A stretch of 64,000 nucleotides of DNA from the NCBI RefSeq assembly GCF_021028975.2, contig NC_059427.1:107012001-107076000 (forward strand). The letters run 5' to 3'. Each line of letters starts with the position of its first letter. Positions within the stretch are counted from its first letter, which is position 1. The notes under the pieces were generated by a model. The model searched no databases. It was not told where the DNA came from and saw only the letters and a list, made by a program, of their open reading frames with translations. Source of the DNA: Sphaerodactylus townsendi (taxonomy: Eukaryota). The translations under genes and the position numbers were made by a program. Shown here piece after piece: positions 1 through 13,140 of the stretch.

Positions 1-757
1 TGTGTTGCCTCCAAGACACAGCCAGCCAGCAGGTAAGTGGAGAGAAAGGAGGGGATTTTCCCCCAGGTTTCTTTTTAAGTGGAGAGAAAAGGAGGGGATC
101 CCCCACCCCAGTTTTGGCATGGCCAAAGTAGTCTGAATAATGACCAAAAATTGGAATTTTTTGGGATCAGTTTTTCAGCTCCCTTAAATTACTGCCATTT
201 TTTTCAGGATGACCCCCCCCCCACTCCAATACTATTAAGATATTTTTGAGTATTTTTCAGTTTGCCTTTGACAAATGCACACTCCTAGTGCTAAGTGTCC
301 CTCTGAGGTGCTAAATGTCCTCTGTATGCATTTCCCCACCACCAGATTGAAATGATGGGTATCTAAGTGTGCAACTGAAGATCTCAGACAGACTCTCAAG
401 CCATCTGGTGTAATATCTAAGCTACTGGATGTCCTGTCTCTAGTTTATTTGCAGGGGAGCTATAATTGGGTGCAGGGGAGGGGTTTGGCTGCTATGCCAG
501 TGTGTGAGGGACTGCACCAGTGGAGGGGGTGCCTTTTCTATTGCATGACTGAGGGCTATGCTCCACTTTTGGATGACATAACTTCATGTTCGGGGGGGGG
601 GGTTGCTTCTCAGGCTAGAGTGGCTTAGGGAGACAACTAACTCCTGTCATGCCTCACACAGAGGGCTGGACAGCATAGTGATGGCAGTAGCTGTCCATGG
701 CACAGCTGTTGCAGAGCACTACACCAGCATCTCTCCAAGACATGCTGCCATAGAAGC

Positions 758-2175
758 CAGCGGGGTATGTAAGGTATGGTAGGTATGGCACATGCCCTGG
801 GTGCCACCTGAAGTGCCATCCTTGCCTGTCGGCCCACCTGCTGCAGCTGCACCATCCATGTGCATTCCTCATAGTTTGCACCACCCAGATGCCAGGTCCC
901 CGTTGTGCTTGCTTTGGAGGGTTGGAGATTGGGTGGGTTGGGGAGAATTTATCAAGGGAATGGCTTAGGGGGACATCTTGTTCTCAGGAAGAATCAGAAG
1001 ATCCCCCTCTTATTGGGGGCAGAGAAGGATGAGATGAGGTTTGAGGTCACAGAGGGAGAGCTGGGAAAGTGTTGAGGTTGATGGGGGAAAGTATTCCTGA
1101 TCAATATAGAACACTTTTTTATGTATATAACAACTGCAGCAAAGATTCTATATGCATACAAATGGAGGGACAACAAAATTCCAACAAAACAAAACAGGAT
1201 CTTGAAAGTCACAGAGTACGCAGAGATGGCAAGGCTGACAACGGCTATTAGAGACAAGAATACAGACAATTTTCTGAAAGACTGGAAATCCTTTGCAGAC
1301 TATTTGTTGAAAACAGATACAAATGGAGAAACAATGACAGGATTCGAGGCATAAATGAAAACAGAGTATTAAGACAACTATTGTCTTAAGACAACTTTTA
1401 GAAGGACTAAAAGTGAAACAAATGAAGATATTAATTATAAGCATAGAGTTAGAATTATGTTTGGATCCTTAGTGAGGTTGGCGGAAGTCACCACGTGTAT
1501 GTGTATTTGTGTATTGGTTTTTTCTTTTTTAATTTAGTATTACTATTACAGGGGGAGGGCGGACTAGATTAGGATTTTTTCTTTATCTTTCTATGTATGT
1601 TTCATTTAGATGTGTAAAAAATAAAAATTATCATAAAAGAGGGAGAGCTGGGAAAGTGTGTTGGAGGGAGCATTAGAGGAGCAGGGATCGTGCCTAGGAA
1701 GAAGAGAATGAAGATGGTGGAGAGACATAGAGGAAGAAATGGGGCGATGGAGAAAGGACTGTGCATGGAAGAGGAAGAATGAAAGCTCAGCTGGCACGTC
1801 TTCTTGTCAAGGCATCGTTCCCAGTGGCAGGAAATGGAGGGAGAGGTGAGCAAGCGAGGCCAGCCTAAAGCAACAGGTGGGGCAGAACATATGTAGGCTA
1901 GGGCTTGTGGATCAATGGAATATAATTTTCCTCAAATTCAGAAAATAAAGTTCATAGCTGATCACATCACAAACCAATTTGCGTAAGTGAAAGCAAGGGA
2001 AGTGCAGTTATAATTTTCATATAGAGCCATAATTTCTTCATTAAAAGATTAATGAGCTTGGTGTGTATTTTTGGGATATTATGGTGAAGTTACCCAAAAG
2101 ATGGGTGTCAGATATTTAGACAGGGGTACAATATTTGTGTTTGCCATAGGCACTATTTTCCATAGATACACCCTG
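758..2175. mobile_element. Non-autonomous hAT-type DNA transposon, carrying a nested L1
   Basis: Perfect 8-bp TSD ATAGAAGC at 750-757 and 2176-2183. Termini CAGCGGGGTATGTA and TAGATACACCCTG form an imperfect terminal inverted repeat (TIR). An 8-bp TSD is typical of hAT elements. Confidence 0.75.
1073..1637 (+). mobile_element. 5'-truncated L1-clade LINE (ORF2 C-terminus, 3' UTR, A-rich tail)
   Basis: Translates to LRLMGESIPDQYRTLF/MYITTAAKILYAYKWRDNKIPTK...EYAEMARLT...FLKDWKSFADYL (one frameshift in a T-run), resembling reptile L1 ORF2 ends. A-rich tail at ~1616-1637. Perfect 22-bp TSD AGAGGGAGAGCTGGGAAAGTGT at 1051-1072 and 1638-1659. Confidence 0.85.
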
Positions 2176-3806
2176 ATAGAAGCTAGTATTTTCTCTGAGT
2201 ACTTTGGTGCCCCCCATGCACTGTCAGTCTGCTAATGTAAAATCTAAAGCTTTTTAGTAGTCTCCTTGTATTCTTCTCTCCACATGTCTTTTTCTTTCCA
2301 TGAAGTATATAAAAACAGATGACTCTGGCAGTGTGAGGTATAGACTCAACTGAGCAATCATCCTCCAGAACTGGTGAGACATTAATATGAGCAGAACTAA
2401 GTAATGATGTAACTGGAATTGGGACTAAAGTCAAAAAGCTAGCATGCTCTTGCCCAGTTCATAAACCTGGCAGAGTTCTGACAGAGAAAATCAATGGGCC
2501 ATGGGGGGAATTAGGTACATAGGATAAACCAACAGATGGAAATCACTCTTGCATGCTGTGAGACAGGATTTGAAATACTTTGTATTATGAAAGTGCCAAG
2601 CACACAGGCAACCAACTACACAATACACAATCAGAAAAAAGGAGCAAATCTACCCAACATCATAAAATTCTAATATGCATAAAATGTATACCAATTACTG
2701 ACTACTCTTTTGCTACCAATGTATGATCATGGAGACACATATGCACTAAGCCCGTGTGAGCATGAATATGTGGCTTGCTTTCCAATTCGTCCAAAATCCT
2801 CAAAACAAATTGTCAGCATAAGGAAGAAAGCTTTCTTTTGCCGCCTCTTGTGCTGATATTAAAGCATTTGCTGGCTAGGGCTGCAAGCTTAAAGGAATGT
2901 CCCATTTAGACAGTGCCCCATACAAATGGATATAATGGATAGCTGACAAAATGGTGACGTTCTCAACAAGTTTATCAGAAATATTGAGCATGTGGATACA
3001 GTGAACTCAAAAATCGAGAGACAACTTTGGCTATTGCTGATTTATTGGACAGACAATAAAAGCAGATCAAATAATATCAGTGGAACAATATGATTTGTTT
3101 GTGGAAAATGCTGTGAGTACAATTCTTATATATTAATACAGCAGAACCTTTTTGTGGCTAACAGCACACACAGTAATCATTTGAGGACCCATAATCAGTA
3201 CATTGATTACCTGATACTGGATGAGGATCTGATGTACTTCAGGGTGGATGAGTATTTTCCTAAGGAACTGTAATGGGATCAGGTACATTCCTGCTCCCTA
3301 TGTTAGATTTTTCTAATGCTAATGGATATAAACCCATTTTCTCAGTCTCATATAAAAAGGAGTTTGTCCCAAGACACAATGGAAGATAGGAGAGGCAAGC
3401 CAAAATGGAATCTTGATCACTCATTTAATTTCAAAAGCTGTCCTGTTCTTTGAAAAAGGATTAATGTAATCATATACAGTGCCATTTTTATTATTATTGA
3501 CTTTGTGGATGTCAATAGGCAATCTTTATGTTTGAATAGAAAATCACAAAATTCAAACAATGTTGAATATTTGTGATTTTTTAAGTGCATCTTTAAGGGA
3601 TATAGATGTGTTTCTGATTTTTTTTTAATTCTTTCCTGCCATTTGAAAAATAAGGAATGGTTTTGTCCTTCAATAGCACTCAGGACTGTAGATGGAAAGC
3701 TGCTACCATTTTTACAGATAAGCAGCACTTAAAACAATGAGCTCTTCTGTAACAACTCAATTTCCCTACTATAATGCTAAATAATTACAAACACACAAAT
3801 GCAAAA

Positions 3807-3847
3807 ACACACACACACACACACACAATCTATCTATCTATCTATCT
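3807..3847. repeat. Compound (AC)n(ATCT)n microsatellite
   Basis: Read directly from the sequence. Confidence 0.95.
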
Positions 3848-5194
3848 ACCTTGTTTTTAAGAAGAATCTTGCCTGAAATAAAATTTTAAAAGTCCTCTCA
3901 GCCATGGGGGAGGGTGGAAGCAGAGTGGGGGAGCTGGGGTGAATCCAAAAAAGATGCCTGCTTGTAGTGTTCCTTGAATAAGCCCTTATTATTTTATATC
4001 AAAAGATTGATCGCTTAATATATGCACTTTAAAGAAGCAGGAAGAAGCTGGCAGCATGGAGCGGGGTGAGGAGAAAAATTCCAGGGCACCTGGCAACTGA
4101 GGCTGTGCTATGCTCATGAGGCTGTGCTGATGGAGGGGAGATTGAACACAGATGTTAGACAGAGATGAAGGGGGGGTTCTTCCACCCTCCCACTGCCACC
4201 ACCACTACACATATGAGAGATCGATCTCAAGGAACTATATCTGTACAAGAAATCTTGTTGCAACGAACATTCACCTCCACTGTGCACCAAACACATTGTG
4301 CATAATTGGGCCAAAATGTCTGATTTGCCACATTTCCCAATAGGTTTGTGGGAAAAAAATCCAATTTATTTCTTAGTTCATGTTATTTATAATCCACTTT
4401 TTTTCACTGAGTCACAAGGTGGATGACACAATGTAAATGAATGCAATCAATAGTATGATACATCTCATAAGCATTGTGATAGCACTAGGACAGCAGAAAT
4501 TTTAAATGCAGTAATCATCTGCAGAAAACATAAGCATGACATCAGGTTAAATAATGCAAAACATGTTATTGCATAAGTAAAAACACAATACTTCTTGCTG
4601 GTCACATCTGTTATGATGTAGCCCTATTTCCTGTAAAAACTGTCCTCCTGAACAATTCTGTTTTACGTAGTTTGCGAATACCAGGAGCGTGGGAGTCTTC
4701 CTGTCCTCCTCAGGCAGGCCATTAATTATGAATGCCTTGTTTTTATATCCTCTTTTTATAACGTTTTCCTACATAAAATGATAAAGAGAGGTTGACAGAG
4801 GCACAACCACTTTAAACATAAAAAAGAGATTATTTCTCAGTACTATGTCAGAGCATGGGTATAATTCTGTTTCAGATTCACTGTATATCTGAAGCTCATA
4901 AATCACATTGTAATACTTTTGAAAGTTCACTGCAATTACAAAAATCATCAGAAATTTGATCTATTCTCTTCAAAAAAGAACTCTTTTCTAGAAAAAATGA
5001 AGGAAGTGTGTAAATGCAATTCTAAATTTCCCAAGCTTTAAATATCCAAGCATCTATTGCTAGAGAGTCCATTTGAAGTAAATAAAAACAACAACAGTAT
5101 TGCTTATTACTGATGGAATTACTGTAGTAACTGACTTCATAGCAATAACAAAACTTATAATTATAATTAGATAATTAATATTTAAAACATTCGG

Positions 5195-5232
5195 AGTGCA
5201 TATAGAATCTTTGCTGCAGTTGTTATATACAT
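5195..5232 (-). other. Short inverted L1-derived insertion between 9-bp direct repeats
   Basis: 5197-5234 is the exact reverse complement of 1119-1156. Flanked by AACATTCGG at 5186-5194 and 5233-5241. Confidence 0.85.
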
Positions 5233-5245
5233 AACATTCGGCCAT

Positions 5246-5694
5246 CAGAGGCGTAGCTAGACCAGAGTGCGCCTGGTGCACACTCTGGCTTTTGTGCCCT
5301 CCCGCGGCGCCCCCTGCAGCGTCCCCCCCATGGTGCCCCTCCATGGCACACACACCCCCACGCACCCCACCCCACTTACTTTTAGGAAAGCAGCAGGCTG
5401 GAGAAGAAGGCCAGAAGCCTGCCTGCATTGCCTGGGCCTGGTGGAAACTACATTTCCTTCCCACCAGGCCCAGGCAACACAGGCAGGCTTCCAGCCTGCT
5501 CCATTCCTAAAAGTAAGTGAGTGGGGTAAAGGTGCACCGAGAGAGCACTGTGGGAAGGAGGTTTCGGAGGGGGGGAGCCACAGGGAGGCGTGATCGAGGA
5601 AGGAGAGTGGGGGGATTTTTCACCCCCCACATGACTAGAAATGGTGCACCTGGTGCATCGCACACTCCCCCGCCTCCTGGTGTCTTAGGCACTG
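5246..5694. mobile_element. hAT-type MITE
   Basis: 8-bp TSD TCGGCCAT at 5238-5245 and 5695-5702. CAG...CTG termini. GC-rich body, with related sequence at ~44060-44270. Confidence 0.8.
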
Positions 5695-7124
5695 TCGGCC
5701 ATTGACCCGTGTTCTTAAAGCATACCATAAGTACATTTCCTATGATATGCCCACATCTCCAATAATTGCTGTCAATTACAAGGAAAAACTTTTTTAACTC
5801 CAAGTTATATTATACCACTGGGAAATTACTTTGTAATGGTTGACAGCTATTACACATGAACATATCTTGAGGACAATATTCCTAGATTAATTCAAAATAT
5901 TTTGACCAAGCTTTCAAATCCTTATTTCATTTTATTAAACAATGGGATCCACACACACCCTTTTTTAATCTTCCATTTTGATATAAGTTGGAGTTTGGTT
6001 TCTGACACTTCACTGAAGTCACAAAAGAATTCCTTTTTGAAAAATAAAAATGTTCAGCTTAAAATAGTGCGGGGAGGGAGTGATCATCTTTCATTTTTGG
6101 ACCAGTTCCATAGAAATACAAAAGAACATTTTGCACACACAACCAAATAAGCCTCTAAAAAGGGGGGCATGATTTTACATAGAAAAGAAGAGTCTTGTGA
6201 ACCTTAAAGTCTAACAACTTTATTGTGACATAACTTTCCTGAGCATGAGCTCAATTCATCAAATGCAATTGGCAGAAAGGTTTACATTCAAAGCTACAAA
6301 CAGCATGGGAGGAAGGGTCAGAAGATCCAATTTCCCAGGACAAGATGCATGGAATTACACTGAAGATCACCAAAGGATACAAAAGAGTAGATTGAATTGA
6401 ACAGTTGATTGGCAAAGTGGGATGAAGCTGAATAGTGTACCTAACCCTATAGGGAAGAACAATTACTTTTTCTAGTGAGCTTCCCATCCTAGACCCTACT
6501 GAGTCCAAGTCTGCTAGTATCAAATCTGCTTGCTCAACAGTTTACTACTGGAGTTTCCCTTTAAAACTCTGTGCAGTGGTGCCAAGATCATCTTTATTCA
6601 GTCATGTGATAAAATCCTGCCATTAGGATGAGTTGTATTTGCAAAATAAGAGTGCTTTGTGCAAATTTATACTCCACACTCACATTGTCAACTAAAGCTG
6701 GACTACACTGGAATACCATTTTTTCCTTTACTGAGTCTTCAAATGCAGTGCTTGACTTTTGGCCAATAAATCATCTCTCGTGTTCTATATTTGTGGCTAG
6801 AATAACATTGGAACCAAAATAACAGTTTGGTTGGATTAATAGTTTCCAAAGTACGAAGCAAGGGAACACAAAGGGTTGACAGAACAAATGCAAGTTCAAA
6901 TTCCAGAATATGTCTCAGAATGTTCATTTTATGATCCATACTTTACAATTGCCACATGACTTAGAATGTGCTTGAAAAGACTTGATAGGCTGGCTGCTTT
7001 ATGCAGCACTTCTGATGTGCCATGTAGAGCAATATCTATATGGCATAGAGACAGTGGTGCAGTTAATTTTAGATGGGATGTAAACAGTGTAATGGATGTT
7101 AATGTATATTCCAATTGCAAGCTT

Positions 7125-7680
7125 ACGGCCTGCTTCTAGGGCCACACTGCTGAGACCATGGCCCACTCTGCACAGGCCGAAAACACTGGTGTGGGGTCGG
7201 TAAAAACACTGGTTGGGGGAGAACTTATCACGGCTGCCACCTCTGAAATGAGGCAGCACCGTGCTTTCTCCCCCCAACCAGTGGGAAAATGGTGTTTCCA
7301 TGACTCACTAAATAGTGAATCTTTTAGGAAACAGCTTTTTGCACCTGGTGCCGAGCAAACGGCAACGGGTCAGAGGCATCACTCATTTTGTTTGTAAACT
7401 TACCTTCCCTTCCACTGTGGAGCTCTGCAGCGACAAGGAGACACGCCTCCTGCCCTCCAACCCCCAAGGAATTGCCAAGGCCACAGGGGCGTGCGTGCCC
7501 CCTCGTTCCTGCAGTGCTCCGCAGGGGAAGGGAAGGGAAGTTTACAAACAAAACGGAGGTGCATCCATACAAAGGCACCCCTGTGGGCCATGGCAGCTCT
7601 GGGGCCGCCCACATGCAAGCTCCACCAGTATCGTTTATATCGGCTGGCTGCCACTTCACAGGCCCATGCAGAATGGGCCC
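7125..7680. mobile_element. Degenerate PIF/Harbinger-like MITE
   Basis: Right end GCCCATGCAGAATGGGCC resembles the CCGTGCGGAAACGGCC TIR of the copy ending at 22626. GC-rich island; left boundary approximate. Confidence 0.5.
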
Positions 7681-10600
7681 ATAAGTTTGGGGCCCTGTCC
7701 TTGAACCCACCTTTGGCCCTGTTGGGACTACTGTACAGAGAGTTTCACCATAAACCAATGCAAAGAAAACATCCCAGAAGGTGGAGTACTTAACTTGACA
7801 TGTCACACAACACTTTCCAATCATTACATGCAGTAGCTGCCACAAGAGGACAGTTTCAATAACTTCATAGCAACCATTATATATAGACTGGCCCGGTATA
7901 GAAGGAAAAAGGCCAAATCATCCCCATTCAGTCACACTATAGTTGCTACAAGCAACTGAGAGTACCAGCTTTTCTTTCCTGTCAGTGCTGGGAGTCACAA
8001 GCACAATTGGCACATTTTCACAAATTTTCTGTCTTCGATAATACATTAATGCTACCAGATCCACCCAAGTGATCACATGCTGTAATCCGTATATGCACTA
8101 GCCAAGTGTTCCCATCTTTGTTTTGCTTAGTTACACTTTGGAAGGTAGAAGCTGTTGCTGTTTCTTTGATTTCCACTTGGGGAGCCTTAATATAGTAAAG
8201 CTTGAGAATCCCTGTTTTAGCTGAATTAATGTGTCCAAAGATCTGTCAGAACATTACTGTTCCCTGATGCATGCTGTCATTTCAGTCACTAGTTTTCTCT
8301 CTTGCCTAAAATAATTCTCTTCTGGGCATCAACCCAACATGAAGATTTTTTGGATCAAATACAGCTATTTCTTCAGTGACCTTCATAGTTTAAAAAATAT
8401 TTTAGTCAACAACATATTTACTAATTTATTTGTCACCCTCTGTACCTTCCCAGTATGCATATGGAGATATAACATACTGATAGAACTGATAACGGAAAAT
8501 AAATCTGTGTTGCTTAATTCATTTAGATGAACATAAAATTATAAGAATTGCCTTTTGGATTAGATTTAACAGTTTGGGGAAGGTCATAAACAAGGCACAA
8601 TAGAGAAAGCCAGTATTGATGCTTGTCTCAGGCATCTGATAGCCAAAAGCCATGTCTGAATATCAGATTCCTCTTAGTTATTATGGATAAAAGCCATGGA
8701 CTGATACTCAATATAATTTTTTCTAATAATATTTTAATCTTTGCTAGTGATTAGTACCACACATCTAGTAACTAGTACCACACAAGGAAGAATTATATAA
8801 TGCATAGAAAATGTCCACGAACACACATGCATGCACACACAGACACACCACTATTACTGGTTGTTAACCATAAATAAACATATCTATCACATACACTATT
8901 TTCTCTGGATGATCCTGAGATCCAACACTCTGTGAGAAAGAGAATAACTTATTTTTGTTCACTTTTACTACTCAGTTCATAATTTTGTAGATGCTTATAA
9001 TGACCTTTACTGTTTAAACTCTCTTAAGTCTTATTCTGTAGCTTGTGTGTTGAGCACGATGCAGCCAAAGTTAAGCACCTCCAATTATTTCAATTGGACA
9101 GTTAAGCATTTGTTTAAATCTCTGTAATTAAAATCAATTTAGATTTAACTTGCCTTATTTTGTCTGGATCATATCTCTATTCCTTTGTCTTTTCTGCATA
9201 TTCCTCACCTCTGTAATACTAATTTTAAAGTGTGACAACCAGAATCTCTGACTGGATTTCCAAATATGGACCTGACAAGGATTTACATAATGGCATTATG
9301 ATGTGTGCCTTTTATTTTTTTAGTTTATTTCCTAATAATTCTAAAATTGAATTGGCCTTGGGGAAGGTCCAGCCTGCCTGTCAAACTTCAAAGGCATGCA
9401 GTAATGCTACTGTAATCATCTACGTTTTTCAGTGTCACAAACGTGAAATGTTCCTTTTTCACACTGCTTCAATATTTCCCATTGCACACATGTTCTATTT
9501 CCATCTGGTTACAAATACAGCCGTAATAACCTTGGTCAACATTAACATGTGGTCAAAATGACCATAATAAAGAATTTAATATAACATAAATACCTCACTG
9601 AGCTTCAACTATTAAACACAAGATAGCACACAGAAAAACAACCTGTGTGTAATACAGTGTACTGAAAATGAATTGCAACTTATGAGAACCCTGTACCAGG
9701 TTAGGAGGATAACAAAACGTTAACCATAAGTGTACACAATACTTAATTGAGGAACAGGTACCCTGCAATGCACTTCTTACAATCAGAGACAAAATCTCTT
9801 GCAAATTTAAAGTATAAATCACAGTGCATTTACAACTGGGATAATATCCCCTTGCAATGTAAAGGTATGAACTCCAGTGCAATCCTTTACAGACTTAAAC
9901 ACAGGCAAGAAACATGTTTATACAAACAAATCGCTCCGAATGTCCACACAGTTTCACAACAATAGCTTTATCATGGAGGATAAATAAATGCAGGCCTGGT
10001 TTACTTCCCAGGAAAAATTGTTGTGATGATACTACAGAGGTGGAACCACTACCACCTTTTTGGAAGTCAGTGAAAAACCTTCTGATGGCACAGAAGGGGG
10101 AAAATGGTGACCACAACAGGATGACTGAGGGACATGAGTGGGAAACTCCTGGATGGCTGAAAAATGGCTGTTTGCCTTTTGTTGTCCTCTGGATCAGATA
10201 TCACATTTGAGAGCAAGGGTCCAGATGAATGAAAGTTTCCATTTTTAACAATGTAGCAAAGAAGGGGAATGGAAATTAACTGTGACATTTAGTCGGTGAT
10301 CTGTTAAAAGTGTCCATGCGTATTACAGTCTGCTGACACAACACATTTAGTTATAGCTGCAACTAAAGCAGTTGTACACTTTAAATGACAGAATCTCCAA
10401 ATACTCTTTCAAAACACATGCCCTAGACTCTAGTTAAACTAAATATCACTGCATTGTTGAAATCTTAAGTACTCATTTTGTGGCAGAGTAAATCATAAAT
10501 GTAGGCTTGATATCAATGACCTAGCTTATTTACTGTACAGAATACAAAGTGGTTATGTATTGGTTTACAAACTCCTGAAATTAGATTTGTATTCTCCAAC

Positions 10601-11686
10601 TATATAATATTGCAGTGTTGGACTCTATAAAAACACAGAAGTTTTTTTAAAAAAACACAAATCTTTCCAAAACCAGCTTTGCTCGGTGCTTGCCAAGTTT
10701 ATTTTTACAGTTAAGTCATAGCTCAAGAGTAGGAAGCATATGCTATGGCCTGGAGACACACACACATGGTAATGTGTATAGACAATTCATGAAGTGCCTG
10801 TTATTCTACAGGCAAACATCTAGTGGTGTTGAAGGATACAGAGTGGATAGAAACATGACATAGAATGACTCAAATCTGAAAGATTGGAAGAATTTGTATT
10901 GGATAGCAATACAACAGTGATATAACAAACTATTTACCTACAAAACAAGCTATTTACCTACAAACCATCTACTGCATAAGTGTGTATGAAATCCATATTG
11001 TATGTATGCTGCCAAGCAAAAAGTATAAATACTTACAAAAGTCAACTTACATCCTTCTTGTCCATTGAAGTGAAAGTGTTTAATTCTGCTTAGGATTGCA
11101 CTGCTAGTGTCTCAATATCCCAACATAGGATACATGAACATCACCAGGACTTTAAACATAGATTTCTACATGGTGTGTTTTGATTTTAGATTTTTTTTTT
11201 TTGGATTACAGATGAAGTTTCACTGGCAGACCACCTGCAAACCTGACTTTAACTTGTAAAAAGTTCAGATTCCTTAAACTTTCCACCTACCATGATCAGG
11301 TCTATCTGGGTGGGAAAGAGGGAATTTCACCATTCAATCCCTACTTCATTTTGCTAATAAAATATAGGCTTCCCATGCTACCTAGTAGTATCATAAAAGG
11401 GAAAAAATAATTTTGAAAAGACACCATTCTCCCATAAAATTGCTAATAGGTGCATGCAAAGCCCAGTTTCAGATAAAGAAACCATGTTGAAAGGTTAACC
11501 CCTTCTTTTTTACCTACATTCAGATCACAGATGTATGAATATTTATGTTATACAATTTATGTTATAAATTTATATAAAAATTTACATATAAATTTATGGC
11601 AATATAAATTTATGGCAATTTATGTTATACGGACTGATAAAGGTCTGAGCACTTTGTTACATCTGGTTCAGCCCTCAGGAAGCTAG

Positions 11687-12216
11687 GGCCATTTCCGCAC
11701 GGGCAGAAAATGACGACCTGGAGACGGTAAAAACGCCGTCTCCAGGCCGCCATTCGCACAGGGGGCGCAGCTGCAGCGCAGCCGCGCCGCCCTCGCGCCG
11801 CCTGGCCGGCCCGAAGCCGGCGTATTCCCAGCGCTTCCCAGCGCTTCCCAGCGCTCTTTTAGGGAATACGCCGCCGTGAAGCCGCTGCCGAGCGAATGGC
11901 AGCGGCTTCACGCCGCCTCCCCCACCCAGCACTTACCGTGTCCCTGGGCCTCCGGCTGTCGCGCCGGAGCCTGGGGACCGCGCCCCTAACCTGCGCCACT
12001 GAAAACTTAGGCGCACCAAGGCCAGGGGGCGTGTTACCAGGCGCAACGACGGATCTGAAGTTACGCCAGTATCACTTTCCGGGCACCGGTGCTCCGCGGC
12101 GCCAGCATCCCGCCTCTTCCCGGGACCGTCCGTGCGGACGGTCCCCGGCGTCTTCGAATTGGCGCCGAAATGCACCGACGTTAGCCCGTTTCCGCCGCCG
12201 TCGCAGTGACTTGGCC
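11687..12216. mobile_element. CpG-rich PIF/Harbinger-like MITE
   Basis: Left TIR GGCCATTTCCGCACGG; right end degenerate (...CCGTCGCAGTGACTTGGCC). 3-bp TSD TAG at 11684-11686 and 12217-12219. Several internal hairpins. Confidence 0.75.
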
Positions 12217-12544
12217 TAGGCTAGAAAAGAGTAGGGATATGCGTTCATGGGTTAACTAATCAAAATTCAAAGTGCAAAACCTGTATTTGTAGTCATTTAA
12301 TTACAACAGATCCAAAAAGGAAAATTAAAAGACGTCAGTAATATTTTTGGTTGCCTTGGACCGTAGTTGAGGGAAAGATCATTGTACATATAAATTAATA
12401 TATTTAATTGTATCAGTGTTCATATAAATTAATATATTAAAATAAATCTTTGGAAATCTTCAAAAGTAGCATTCTTCTGGAATCTTCCTACCTGGTTTAG
12501 AAGAAAAGGGAAGAGAGTAATTTAACAGATCTGAGTTTCTAGGC

Positions 12545-13140
12545 AGCTAGCATCACGAAGTGATTAAAGTACTGAAGTAAGATCAAGGAGACCCAGGTTC
12601 AAATCTCTACTCTGCCATGAAGTCAATAGGGTTACTTTGGGCCAGTCACACACCTACCATATGGGCAGTGGTGGGATCCAAAATTTTTAGTAACAGATTC
12701 CCATGGTGGTGGGATTCAAACAGTGGCGTAGCGCCAATGGGGCTGGGCGGGGCACGACGGGGGTGTGGCCGGGCATTCAGGGGGCGGGGCACTGCTGGGT
12801 GGGGCTGTGGCAAGGATGCAGCCACTGCACTAGTCCTTAGGCGGGAAACAAATGCACGCAGGCGCAGGCTGCCACGCATGCCGGTGCACCTCCTGCTAGA
12901 CTGCTTCAAGTTCTGCGCGCTACTGCTGAGAGGAAAGGCGTAACTAAGGCAAAAATCACATGGCAAAATCATCAATTAATAAACCCCTCTTGACACACAC
13001 AAATAATTAGTAACCTACTCTCGGGAACCTGTGAGAACCTGCTGGATCCCACCTCTGCATATGGGGCTGCCATGACGATAAAATGGAGGAATTGCATTTA
13101 TGCTGCCCTGAACTCCTTGGGAGAAGGGACAAATAAAAAT
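12545..13140 (+). mobile_element. tRNA-derived SINE split by a hAT MITE
   Basis: tRNA-like head with a B-box-like GGTTCAAATC at ~12596. The body resumes after 13065 and ends in an A-rich tail. Similar to the SINE at 28151. Confidence 0.6.
12666..13057. mobile_element. hAT-type MITE
   Basis: TIRs CAGTGGTGGGATCCA and TGGATCCCACCTCTG. Perfect 8-bp TSD CATATGGG at 12658-12665 and 13058-13065. Confidence 0.9.
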
